From an uncultured Chloroflexia bacterium (lineage in GTDB: Bacteria; Chloroflexota; Limnocylindria; Limnocylindrales; CSP1-4): DNA of 64,000 nt. Shown here one piece after another: positions 51,050 to 61,893 of this stretch; within the stretch, counting starts at the first letter, position 1, and the number at the start of each line of letters is the position of its first letter. Location: positions 81,444 to 145,443 of the forward strand of contig CAVZXQ010000019.1 in assembly GCA_963779315.1 (NCBI GenBank). Direction: 5' to 3'. The notes under the pieces were generated by a model that was given only the letters and a program-made list of their open reading frames with translations, had not been told where the DNA came from and ran no database searches. A program made the position numbers and the translations under genes.

Positions 51050-51577
51050 TCACTCGCACGTTCGGGGTTCGGCCACGGTCGTGACTGTCACCTCTTCGGC
51101 CGGCACCGGACCGCTGAATGTCAGGGCGAGCACCCGATTGACTGGGACGAGATCACCGCAGCCCGGAAGCACGTCGAGGGTCATCGTCCGGCCGTCGGGC
51201 GCGATCGTGAGCCGACGATCCATGTCGTCGAGCAGCCCGTACCAGGTCAGCACGACGGTCGCCGGGTCGGCGGGGTCGTTGCGGACGTTCGGGTTCGGGT
51301 CTGACGGATCCTCGGCCGGCATGCCCGCGCGTGCACCGACGAGTGACCCGGACGCATCCACGACCTCGATGGTCGAGAGATCACGGCCGCCGAACCCGAC
51401 CAAGTCCACGCTGAAGCTGGCGGACGAGGCGGGCGTTGCCGACGGCGAAGCCGCCCCCGACGTCTTCTCGGCCGCCGCCACCGGGGGTGACGAGGTCGCC
51501 CCAGTGGCGCAGCCGCACAACAGGAACGAGGCGCTCAGACCAACGAGAAGACACTTGGCCGTGAGTTTCACGCCCAT
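51050..51577 (-). CDS. lipoprotein, hypothetical
   Basis: GGAGGTGG precedes ATG 51577. Lipobox LLCGCA followed by a Ser/Ala/Pro linker. Confidence 0.6.
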   Translation of the reverse strand: MGVKLTAKCLLVGLSASFLLCGCATGATSSPPVAAAEKTSGAASPSATPASSASFSVDLVGFGGRDLSTIEVVDASGSLVGARAGMPAEDPSDPNPNVRNDPADPATVVLTWYGLLDDMDRRLTIAPDGRTMTLDVLPGCGDLVPVNRVLALTFSGPVPAEEVTVTTVAEPRTCE

Positions 51578-51720
51578 CGCCCACCTCCTACGCTGCAACG
51601 ATGCATTGGCCGGACGGCCGGCGCCAGAGGCTTCGGTCACCAAGAACGGCCCTGGTCCGCCCGACCCGCTGGCCCCTTGTGGCGGGATCGCAGGACCGGG
51701 ACCGATACCTGGTGGCCCCT

Positions 51721-52653
51721 CTACCGCTTGAGGCCCAGACGCGTGACGGCGAACTCGAGTCGACACTGCTGCGTGGGAACAGGCTCGGCATCCCACTCGG
51801 TGAATGTGCACCTAGCAGCCGCCGGGTGGTCGAAGATCCCGGTCACCTCGACGACCTCGGGCTGGCTCCACGACGTGCCTTCCAGGTACCTGCCGATCGG
51901 CAGCACGTCGGGATGCTGACCGGTCGGATCCAGGTTGAGTTCCAACCTGTCGTCGCCCATGTCGGGTGGGCTCGCAGCCTTGGGTTGGGCGACGTAGCAT
52001 GGGGTGTGCCGCTCCCATCGCGAACCAGTCTGGCGTGAAGAATCCGCCGGGAGTGTTGTCGCAGTTGCACTCGAACAGTCGCGCTTCGACCGTGATCGGC
52101 ACCCGCGGGAAGCAGGCCAGCCCGACGCCCGCCGGCAAGGCTGCCAGCGACCGGAAGTCGGTGGGCAACGGTGGGCAGTCGAAGTCCCCGGCGGCGATCC
52201 ATGGCTCGCCGTCCCTGCCGGCGCTCGCGACCCAACCGCTCGGCAGGGTCCGCGAGGTGAGCGGAGCGACCTCGTACCAAGCGTAGCCGGAGGCCGACAC
52301 CGGGCCACCGAGGACATACAGAGGGTTCCGAGCGGCAGGAGCGGCTCGTACTTCTGTGAGTCGTCGCTGACGCGCGGCTGGATCGGACCCGGACCTCGTC
52401 CACAACCGTCACGGCGACCGTGTCAGCCGTCACCGTGGTCGCCGCGGGAGATCGGATAGGCGCTGCCGGCGATGGCGCCGTCGGTGTAGAGGTCGGCGCT
52501 TGCGACGTCACTGAGGGCGGTGTCGATGGCGTGGCGATGGCTGACGGCAGGGTGGTCGGCTGCGGCGGCGCGGACGTAGACCAAGAGGAGCAGCCCGTGA
52601 CAAGAACGATGCCGATCACCAGTGCCGCGATCGAACGGAGGGTCGTGACTCAT
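51721..52653 (-). pseudogene. lipoprotein with SH3-like segment, frame-disrupted as assembled
   Basis: VIGIVLVTGCSS lipobox and S/T/P linker. Then YVLGGPVSASGYAWYEVAPL...GWVASAGRDGEPWI and the C-terminal FTEWDAEPVPTQQCRLEFAVT lie in other frames. Confidence 0.45.
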
Positions 52654-53137
52654 CGCGCTCCCTCTCGGGGACCCCCGACTCCGGCGATCGGATTGGCGTC
52701 GTGCCGCGTCAGGCAGCGAGACGATCGACTGGACCGAGCTGCCACGCAGAGGCGCAGCACGAACATGGACCACGGTCGGCCCGTGAGCTTGGCCCCTCGC
52801 GGCGGGACGCACGGAACCTGACTGAACATCGATCCGGAGTGTGGCGACAGGATGGCTCGAAGAACCTTCTGAACCCTGGCGGGTGCAGTTCCCAAGTGTC
52901 ACGACGGTCCAGTGGAACCAGTTGTCGAAGATGGCGGCTTTGGACTCGAACCAGCAGGCCCCAATCTCAGGTCGGCCCGGTGAGCCGACCATTCGTCGGC
53001 AATCGCGAGGAGTCGGAGCGGAGCTACCGTCTCGTCAGGACCCGAGGGTCAGCCAGTCGACGAAGTCGCCGTCGGGCAGCTTGATCCGCTCGTGCTGACC
53101 TTTACACGCGGCGCTGCTGATCGCCGGCACCGGCGCC

Positions 53138-53614
53138 GTGTCAGCCGCCATCCCTGACAGCGGTGGCGTCATCAACGGGTGCTGGACCGCCCGCACTGGT
53201 GCGCTTCGGGTGATCGACACCGCTGTGGCGGGCTCGGCATGCACGTCGAAGGAGTCGCCGATCAGCTGGAGTCAGCGCGGGCCAGCAGGCGACCCGGGGC
53301 CGAGTGGCGCACCGGGCGTGGACGGCGCACCTGGCGCGGACGGCGCGGACGGCACCACGCCGGCGACCTATTTCCGCAGGGCCTCAGCGTCCAGCGGCGC
53401 CAGCACCGTCACCGTGACCTGTGACCCGGGCGACGTTCTCACCGGCGGTGGAGCCAACACGGATGGCACCCTCGTCGACTCGAACCCCTTCGCGTACGTC
53501 GCGCCTGGTGAGTTCGTCCCGCAGAACCCGGATGTGCCGTTCGGCTGGTTTGTGTCAAAGTCCGGCGGGTCTCAGGCGACCGCCTACGCGATCTGCAGTG
53601 ACACTGCGCCCTGA
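53138..53614 (+). CDS. collagen-like (G-X-Y) repeat protein, N-terminus probably truncated or shifted
   Basis: GPAGDPGPSGAPGVDGAPGADGADG triplet run, flanked by a Cys-containing head (GVINGCW...GSACTSKE) and a C-terminal globular part. A signal-like LLIAGTGAVSA lies just upstream without an ATG. Confidence 0.55.
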   Translation: MSAAIPDSGGVINGCWTARTGALRVIDTAVAGSACTSKESPISWSQRGPAGDPGPSGAPGVDGAPGADGADGTTPATYFRRASASSGASTVTVTCDPGDVLTGGGANTDGTLVDSNPFAYVAPGEFVPQNPDVPFGWFVSKSGGSQATAYAICSDTAP

Positions 53615-53874
53615 TCGATCGACGCGATCGTCGGGAGCCCGGAGCGCTGACATGGCCCGGTCCGCGTGATGGGACAGCTGACCGTTTGACAGGTTCTGCG
53701 GCTCGGCGGATCCTGTCTGGACCGTCCGGTCATGGCTGATCGCCGGGTAGCGTCGGCGCGAATCGATGCCGCCCTGCGACGTCCGACCCGGCTCGAGGAT
53801 GCCATCGTCGGCTGAACCGGCTGCAAGGCACCGCTGGTCACGCCACCGGGGGTCTTCTCACGTTCAGATCGGCG

Positions 53875-55399
53875 CTACTCCGCCGGCTTGTCGCCGAAGA
53901 TCGTGTAGTGCCAGCCCTTCTCGGGCTCGCCGGTCAGCTCGAGCATGACGTGCTTGACCTGGGTGTACTCCTCGAACGAGTAGGTCGACATGTCCTTGCC
54001 GGAGCCCGACTGCTTGAAGCCGCCGTGGGGCATCTCGGACGTGACCATGAGGTGGTCGTTGACCTGGACGTGCCCGAAGTTGAGCGTCCGCGCCGCCTCC
54101 ATCGCGACCCGGACGTCGCTCGTCCAGATGCTGGCGGCCAGGCCGTAGATGGTGTCGTTGGCCTTCTCGAGGGCCTCCTCGATCGTGTCGAACGGCAGGA
54201 CCGCGAGGACCGGCCCGAAGACCTCGTTCTGGACGATCTCGCTGTCCTGGGCGCAGTCGACGATGAGCGTCGGGCCGGTAGAAGGCGCCGTCCGGAAGGC
54301 CGGGCACCTCCGGCCGATAGCCGCCGGCGACGACGCGGGCGCCGGCCGCCACGGCTCGCTGGACGAAGCCGTCCGCCCGCGCGACCTGGGTCTGGCTGAT
54401 GAGCGTGCCGAGGTCCGTCGACGGATCGAACGGGTCGCCGACCCGGACGGCGTCGAACAGCTCGGCCGTCCGCGCCACGAACGCGTCGTACACGCTGCGA
54501 TGGACGTAGGCGCGCGTCGCCGCCGTGCAGTCCTGGCCGCCGTTGATGAGCGCGCCCGCCGTCGCGCCGCGCGCGGCGGCTTCGATGTCCGCGTCCGCGC
54601 AGACGATGAACGGCGCCTTGCCGCCGAGCTCCAGGTGGACGCGCTTGAGGTTCGCCGGCCGCCAGCGCCTGGATCGTCTTGCCGGTCGCCGTGTCGCCGG
54701 TCAGCGAGATGAGGTCGACGTCCATGTGCGCGGCGAGCGCCGCGCCGACGACGTCGCCCCGCCCGGTGACGACGTTGAGGACCCCGGCCGGCACGCCGGC
54801 CTCCAGCGCCAGCTCGGCCAGGCGGATCGTCGTCAGCGGCGTCGCGCTGGCCGGCTTGAGCACGATCGAGTTGCCGGCCGCAAGCGCCGGCCCGATCTTC
54901 CAGATCGCCATCCACATCGGGTAGTTCCACGGGCTGACCTGGCCGACGACGCCGATCGGCTCGCGCCGGACGAAGCTCGTGTGGCTGCCGCTGTACTCGT
55001 AGGCGGCCTTGCCCTCGAGGTTCCGGATCTGGGTGGCGAAGAAGCGCAGGTTGTCGCTGGCGAAGGCGAAGTCCGACTCGCGCCGGAGCTTGTAGGACGT
55101 GCCGGTCTGGAGGGTCTCGAGGCGGGCCAGCTCGTCCGCATCGCGATCGAGCAGGTCGCCAAGGCGGTTCATGATCGCGACCCGATCCGGCATCGCCATC
55201 CGATGCCAGCGTCCGTCCTTGAACGCCGCCCGGGCGGCGGCGACGGCCAGGTCGACATCGGCCTCGGTGCCGTCCGGGACGCGCCCGACCAGCTCGCCGG
55301 TGGCCGGGCTGCGGACCTCCAGCCAGCGACCGCTGGTGGACGGCGACGGACTGCGCCGTCGATGAACATCGAGAGATCGGTGGTGACCTCGACGGCCAT
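53875..55399 (-). pseudogene. NAD-dependent aldehyde dehydrogenase (aminobutyraldehyde-DH-like), frame-disrupted as assembled
   Basis: VGQVSPWNYPMWMAIWKIGPALAAGNSIVLKPA, EVFGPVLAVLPFDTIEEALEKANDTIYGLAASIWT, and PHGGFKQSGSGKD. ATG 55399 is preceded by GGAGG. Confidence 0.85.
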
Positions 55400-55446
55400 G
55401 GCGGGAGCCTCCGGATGCTGGGCGTGCGACCTTCAGGCCAGCGAGT

Positions 55447-56619
55447 CTACCGGTGTCGCGCCAGCACGGCGCGTCCGAACCCGGTCAGCGCGACGTCGTC
55501 CAGCGGCGGGTTGATCAGCCCGGCCCGGGCGTCCCGGAACGCGCGCTCGAGCCGACCCGCAGGAAGCCGGGGCCGCCCGCGATCCGGAGCGCCTCCTCGG
55601 TGGCGAGCGCGGCGGCATCGGTGGCGGTCAGCTTGGCGAGGGTGAGGTCGGACTCGAGCGCCTGCCGGGCCGCATCGTCCGGCGGCGGCATCCCAGCGGC
55701 GGGCGACATCCTCGACCACGATCCTGGCCGTCCGCAGCGCGGCATCCGGCCGACCGAGCCGCAGCTGGATCGTCGGCAGGTCCGCGACGGCGGTCGTGCC
55801 GTCACCGGGGCGGCGATCGATGGCCCAGCGCGCGACGGCGTCCCGCGCCCCCTCCCCCACTCCCAGGTACGTCGCGGCGACGCACGATCGCGAACCAGGC
55901 GCCCGGCGCCGGGCCGCGCGGGTCCGGCTCGGCCGTCGAGCGACGAACGCAGCACGGCGTCCGGTCGGACCACGACGTCCGTCAGGCGAAGGCGCCCCGA
56001 CGCCGACCCGCGCATCCCCATCGCCTCGAACCCGGCACGGCGCTCCACGCCCGGCGAGTCGAGGTCGACGAGGAAGATCGCCGACATCGGGCGGATCCGC
56101 CGGTCCGGCGATGCGCGCGCTCACGAGGGCGAACCGAAGGGCCGGCAGCCACGTCGTCCAGGTCTTCTCGCCGGTCGAGCCGCCACGCGCCGTCCATCGG
56201 CATCCGGCGTGGCGATCGTGCCCGGGATCGCGCCACGCGCCGGCGAGCCGCCACCTTCCTCGGTCGAGGCGGCGTTGACCAGCGCACCCTCGTCCACGAC
56301 GGCACGGAACAGTCGCTCGCGCAGGGCCGGCGGCCAGGCGGCGGACTGGGCCGCGGCCCCCGTGACGTGCAGGTGCATCGCGAACCCCAGCGCCGATCGC
56401 TCCATCGATGGCACCGAGGGTCGAGAGGATCGCGACGGCGTCCGCGCAGGCCGCGCCCCGCCGCCACCGAACTCGACCGGGACGGCCGCGGCGTGCAGCC
56501 CGGACGCGACGAGCGCCGCCGGGATCGCCGGATCGAAGGCGTCGCCCGGCTCCAGCGCCTCGACCGCCGCGCAGGCCGAGCCAACCGGGCCGGCAGTCCG
56601 CGTCAGCCTCCAACGTCAT
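55447..56619 (-). pseudogene. acyl-CoA dehydrogenase-fold flavoprotein, frame-disrupted as assembled
   Basis: GEKTWTTWLPALRFALVSARI, GFEAMGMRGSASGRLRLTDVVV, YLGVGEGARDAVARWAI, and LERAFRDARAGLINPP spread over three frames. Confidence 0.7.
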
Positions 56620-58168
56620 CGGGCTGCATCCGTGCCGTCCCGTCCGGCGTCTCGACGGGCGCGGACGCCTCGGCGCCGCCGCCGCCTCGCGCAGCAAGCT
56701 CCCAGGCGCGCTCGACGTGGCGCGGCTCGGTCCGCAGGTTGCCGACCGACAGGCGGATCGTGAACCGGTCGTCCAGCCGCGTATGCGACAGGAACACCTC
56801 GCCGGTCCGGTTGACGGCGTCCATGATCCGCGCGTTCGCCTCGTCGAGCGCTCGCGTCGGCGACAGGCCGTCCGGGCGCCAGCGGAAGCAGACCGTCGAG
56901 AACGGCACCGGCGCCAGCCGCTCCCAGTCCGGCGTCGGCGTCGATCCAGCGCGGCGAAGGTCTGGGCCATCTCGATGTGGCGTTCGATCCGGCGGCGCAG
57001 CCCGTCGAGGCCGAACCAGCGGAGCTGGATCCACAGCTTGAGCGCCCGGAACCGCCGGCCGAGCTGCGGGGTGTACTCGTTGTAGTCGCGGACCGGCGTC
57101 TCGCGGTCCAGCGTCCGCAGGTACTCGGGCACCAGGCTGAACGCGGCGCGCAGGTCGGCCATCCGCCGCGTCAGCAGCAGCGACGCATCGAGCGGCGTGA
57201 ACAGCCACTTGTGCGGGTTGACGACGATCGAGTCGGCCCGCTCCCAGCCGTCGAAGTCGCCGCGTCGCTCCGGGACGAGCGCGACCGCTCCGGCATAGGC
57301 GGCGTCCACGTGCAGCCACAGGCCCTCGCGTGCGGCGATGTCGGCGATCGCGGCGACCGGGTCGATCGCGTTCGAGGACGTCGTCCCGATGGTCGCGACG
57401 ATCGCCATCGGGCGATTCCCGGCCGCCCGGTCCGCGGCGATCGCCTCGGCCAGCGCGTCCGGCCGCATCGCGTACGCCTCATCGACCGCGACATGCACGA
57501 CCGGCCGCCCGACCGAGGCCCAGGGTCATGCAGGCCTTGTCGATGGAACTGTGGGCATGCTCGGAGGCGTAGACGCGCAACCGGGCGACGTCGGCGCGAC
57601 CGGGGAGACCCTCCGCGGCGGCGCCGACACCCAGCGCCTCGCGTGCCGCCCCGAGCGCGATGAGCGTGGACGTGGAGGCGGTGTCGGTCAGCAGGCCGTC
57701 GAACGCGTCCGGCAGGCCGAGACCCTGGCGCAGCCAGCCGACGACGACGCCCTCGAGCTCCGTCCCGATCGGCGACGTCCGCCAGAGCATCGCGTTCTGG
57801 CCGATCGCCGCGGTCAGCATCTCGCCCAGGATCCCGGGACCGGACGCGCGTCGTCGCGAAGTAGGCCATGAAGCCCGGGTGCTGCCAGTGCGTGGCGTTC
57901 GGCTCGATCAGCCGGACGTAGTCGGCCAGGATCGCCGTCGAGCGGCTCGGGTGACTCCGGCGGATGCGGCGGGAACAGCGGGGCGAGCGAACCCGGCTCG
58001 ATCGGCGGGAAGACCGGGTAGCGCTCGACACCCGCGAGGTAGTCGGCCATCAGGTCCACCACGGCGTGGCCCGCCGCCCGGAACGCCGTCCGGATCCATG
58101 TCGGTCAGGCCGGTCAGCCTGGTCCGTGCCGAGCGGCCCTCCACCGGCCTGTCTTCGCGTGTGGCCAT
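56616..58168 (-). pseudogene. group II PLP-dependent (aromatic-amino-acid-type) decarboxylase, frame-disrupted as assembled
   Basis: MDPDAFRAAGHAVVDLMADYL, NATHWQHPGFMAYF, ASTSTLIAL, and SIVVNPHKWLFTPLDASLLL (PLP lysine). An alternative start is at 58099. The stop overlaps the next ATG. Confidence 0.8.
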
Positions 58169-58270
58169 GCGCCCGAGTGTACGGGGCGGGCGGGCGCTCG
58201 GCGCGACGAGGGTCAGACGGACTCGCTCCATCGTCGAGAGGATCTCGCTGAACTCCGGTGCCAGGATAGA

Positions 58271-59271
58271 TCAGGGCGCCGATCGCCGAGCAGCAGCGAT
58301 CAGCAGGATGATGCCGACGACGAGCAGGCACGCCACCGCGATGCCACAACCCGAGCCCGCACCCTCCGGACGGACGACAACGGACTTCGCCCAGCGGTCG
58401 TGGAGACCCTGGTGCATCGATCCGTTCGCGACGGTCGACGAGCAGGACGATCCACCAGACGACGTCACGAGGCTGGCCGTGTTGCCGAGGGCCGGGACGA
58501 CGCCGAACAACGTCAGGAAGTAGCCCGAGGCCGAACCAGCGGATGACGGCCGGTCCGATCTCGAGCCGCTTCCCGTCGGCCGCATTGGCCACCTGGAGCT
58601 TGAAGCGCCCGCATCCCGGGCGTGGCCTTGCCCTCGCTCGTCCAGAACCCGACGAAGTAGACGAACCACAACCCGGCCCCGATGACGACGGATGCGATCG
58701 TCAACGTGGAGTCGGCTTCGATCCCGCTTTCGACGCCAAGGGCCGCCGCGCCGATGCCGAACGCGACCGCCCCTGCGAACACGATCAGGCCGAGGATCAA
58801 CAAGTCGATGAACCACGCGCCGAATCGGACGCCGGTGGACGCGATGACCCATCCCGGGTTACCCGTGGCGAGCGGCGGCGGCGGGGGCAGCACCCAACCG
58901 ACCGTCGCGGCGGACAGGACGCCCGACGGGACGGCAGAGGCCGCCGGGTCGGCAGAAGCGCCACCCACCCACCCTCCGGCGGGCGTCGATGGCGGTTGAC
59001 CCTGGGGCGGGACGGCTCCTGACGGCGGGACGATCCCAGCGGGTTCTGCCGTGGCGGGCGCGGCCGTGGCGGGCGCCTCCCAGGGCATGGCACGGGACGG
59101 CTCCGGGGCGTCCCAGGCGACTTCCGGTTCGACCGGGATGCGGGCCGTCTCGTCGCCGATGGGTCCCAGTGTCGAGGCTGGAGCGTCGGGCAAGGTCGTG
59201 TCCGAAGGGGTCTCGAGCGCTGGGATCTCGGGCCCCGGGACGTCCGGCGTGTCCTGCGTGGGATCGGTCAT
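58271..59271 (-). pseudogene. RDD-family membrane protein with Pro/Ala-rich N-terminal region, frame-disrupted as assembled
   Basis: ASTGVRFGAWFIDLLILGLIVF and WTSEGKATPGMRAL, then in a second frame SMHQGLHDRWAKSVVV and a terminal TM helix. Confidence 0.6.
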
Positions 59272-59443
59272 GGCTCCAGCCCTCCGTTACCGTCCGAACG
59301 CCGGACCCGACGTCGATGATAGCGGCCCGTCGCGAGCCGTTAGCCCGTCGTGGCGCGGCCGAGACGATCGACGTGCGTCTCGCGCGAGCGTTCGTGACCA
59401 ACGCCTCTAGCCCGTCAAGCCCGTCACCGGTCACGCTGGGCCG

Positions 59444-61864
59444 ATGGACCAGGCGACTCGTGCGACTTGGCCGTCGGGTCTGACCGACGCCGAGGCGGCG
59501 CAGCTACGTGCCCGCGGCGACGGCGGGCGATCGTCCGATCGCGGGAGTGTCTCGCTCCCACGCATCCTGCGGCGTAACGTCTTCACGATCCTCAACGGCG
59601 TCCTGTTCAGCGTCTCGCTGGTCCTCCTCGCGTTCGGCCTCATCGGGGATGCCATCTTCACCGCGGTCCCGGTCGCCACCAACGTGTTCGTGAGCGTGTT
59701 CCTCGAGGTGGACGCCAAGCGCAAGCTGGATCGACTCACCCTCATCACGCGGCCCGGCGTCACGATCCGTCGTGCGGGAGTGGACCGCCGAGCACAGCCG
59801 GATGACGTCGTCATAGGTGACGTCGTCGTGCTGGCGCGGGGTGACCAGGCCGTCGTTGACGGTACGCTCACTGCCGGCTCCATCGAAGCCGATGAGTCGG
59901 TGCTGACCGGCGAATCCGAACCGGTCGCCAAGCGCCCCGGCGACGCGGTCCGATCGGGGTCGATCTGCGTCTCGGGGAGCGCGGCGATCGAAGCGACCGC
60001 CGTCGGTGAGGCGACCTATGCCAGCGGCCTCGCCAGGGAAGCCCGCCACGGCTCCGACGAGCGGACGCCGTTGCGGCGCGACCTCGACACGCTGATCCTC
60101 GCGATCGGGATGTTGACCGTGGCCTCGGCCGTGCCGGTCGCCATCGCCATCCGCGCCGCTGGCGAGTCCCTGTTCTCCACCAGTTCGATCCAGGCGGCGG
60201 CCGTCCTGGTCGCGCTCGTGCCGCAGGGCCTCGCGATCATGGCGACGGTCACCTATGCGCTCGCCGCGGTCCGGATCAGCCAGGCGGGGGCCATCGTCCA
60301 CCGGATCGATGCGGTCGAATCGATGTCGCGCGTCGACACGTTGTGTCTCGACAAGACCGGCACCCTGACCACGCAACGGCTCGTCCTCCAGTCATGGGTC
60401 CCGCTGACCGACGACCGGACAGCGGTGGAGGCGCTCCTGAGGGTCGTGGCTGCGAGCGCGACGTCGCGCACACGCACCCTCGACGCGGTGGCGGTCGCCC
60501 TGCCCGGTGAGACCGAACCACCGGTGGCCGAGATCCCGTTCTCGTCCGACCGTCGCTGGTCGGGTATCACGCTGGCGGGACCGCCCTTGCGACTGCTGCT
60601 TCTCGGTGCCCCGGAGGTGCTCGTACCGGACGACGCCCACATACGCGAGGCCGTGGCCCACCAGACACAGCAGGGACGTCGCGTCCTCGTGTTCACGCAG
60701 GCCGATGATCCACGCCCGTCGAGCTGGGACTCGGACGGACCGCCGACGAGTCGCCCGCTCGCGATCCTCATCTTCCGCGAGGAATTGCGCTCCGACGCCG
60801 AAGACACCCTGCGGCGATTGATGGAGGTCCAGGTCGACCTGAAGGTCATCTCCGGTGACGACCCCGCGACCGTAGCCGCTCTCGCGGAAGCCGTCGGGAT
60901 CGCGCCTGGGATGGTCTTGAGCGGGCCGGAGATCCGGGCGATGGACGACGCAACGCTCGCTCGGCAGGTGGACCGGGCGCGGGTGTTCGGTCGGATAACG
61001 CCAGAGGACAAGCGCCGGCTGGTGACCGCGCTCCGGGCAGGCGGGCACTACGTCGGCATGACCGGCGACGGTGTCAACGATGTCCTGGCACTGCGCCGAG
61101 CCAACCTCGGCATCGCCATGGAGAGCGGCAGCCCGGCGGCCCGAGCGGTGGCCGGGCTCGTCCTGCTCGGCGACCGGTTCGACGTCCTGCCACGGGCGAT
61201 CGTAGAGGGGCAGCGTGTCGTCTCGTCCATGATCGCGGTCGCAAGCCTCCTGCTGGCGCGCACGGTCTACATGCTGCTGATCGTCGTCCTCGCCGCGATC
61301 ATCGGACTGCCGTTCCCGTTCACGCCGCGGAACAACGCCGTCCTGGCTCTCGTCACCGTCGGGCTTCCGACCCTCGTCCTCGCACTGTGGGTGCCCCCGA
61401 TCCGGGCTCCTCGCAGCGTGGTCCGGCGCATCCTTACCTTCGCCGTGCCATCCGGGATCGCGGTCGCGGTCCTCGCCATCCCCGTCCTGATGGTCGCCTT
61501 CCGTGTCGAGGACCCGGGGGTCGGGCGCACGATCATCACGACCCTCACCGTCTTCACCGGGATCGCGCTGATCCCCATCCTCTTCCCGGCCGTGCCGGAT
61601 CGCACCGGCCCCGTCGGGCGCGGGGGCGACCGGCGGCCGACGCTGCTGGCGATCGCCATGGTGGTCCTGTACGGAGCGATCCTGGCGACACCGCTGGGGC
61701 GCGCCGTGTTCGAGCTCGAGCCCCTGCCGATGGAGACGCTCGCCGGCCTATTCCTGTTCGCCCTGGCCTGGATGGCCGCGGTCATCCTTCTGCTTCGCAG
61801 CGGGATCCCGGCCCGCGCCATGACGGCCGTCGAACGTGTCATGCCCTCGCGGCGGCCGGCCTGA
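59444..61864 (+). CDS. cation-translocating P-type ATPase (HAD-IC family), specificity unknown
   Basis: TGES actuator motif, phosphorylation site CLDKTGTLT, hinge MTGDGVNDVLAL, and about 10 TM helices. Uninterrupted 806 aa. Confidence 0.9.
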   Translation: MDQATRATWPSGLTDAEAAQLRARGDGGRSSDRGSVSLPRILRRNVFTILNGVLFSVSLVLLAFGLIGDAIFTAVPVATNVFVSVFLEVDAKRKLDRLTLITRPGVTIRRAGVDRRAQPDDVVIGDVVVLARGDQAVVDGTLTAGSIEADESVLTGESEPVAKRPGDAVRSGSICVSGSAAIEATAVGEATYASGLAREARHGSDERTPLRRDLDTLILAIGMLTVASAVPVAIAIRAAGESLFSTSSIQAAAVLVALVPQGLAIMATVTYALAAVRISQAGAIVHRIDAVESMSRVDTLCLDKTGTLTTQRLVLQSWVPLTDDRTAVEALLRVVAASATSRTRTLDAVAVALPGETEPPVAEIPFSSDRRWSGITLAGPPLRLLLLGAPEVLVPDDAHIREAVAHQTQQGRRVLVFTQADDPRPSSWDSDGPPTSRPLAILIFREELRSDAEDTLRRLMEVQVDLKVISGDDPATVAALAEAVGIAPGMVLSGPEIRAMDDATLARQVDRARVFGRITPEDKRRLVTALRAGGHYVGMTGDGVNDVLALRRANLGIAMESGSPAARAVAGLVLLGDRFDVLPRAIVEGQRVVSSMIAVASLLLARTVYMLLIVVLAAIIGLPFPFTPRNNAVLALVTVGLPTLVLALWVPPIRAPRSVVRRILTFAVPSGIAVAVLAIPVLMVAFRVEDPGVGRTIITTLTVFTGIALIPILFPAVPDRTGPVGRGGDRRPTLLAIAMVVLYGAILATPLGRAVFELEPLPMETLAGLFLFALAWMAAVILLLRSGIPARAMTAVERVMPSRRPA

Positions 61865-61893
61865 CCTCCGACGACAGCTCCCCGGCCAAGCTC

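Noticed and set aside
52932-53010. A full tRNA gene on the minus strand
   Set aside because: Only the T-loop and acceptor 3' part is tRNA-like. No matching acceptor 5' strand, D arm or anticodon arm could be folded.
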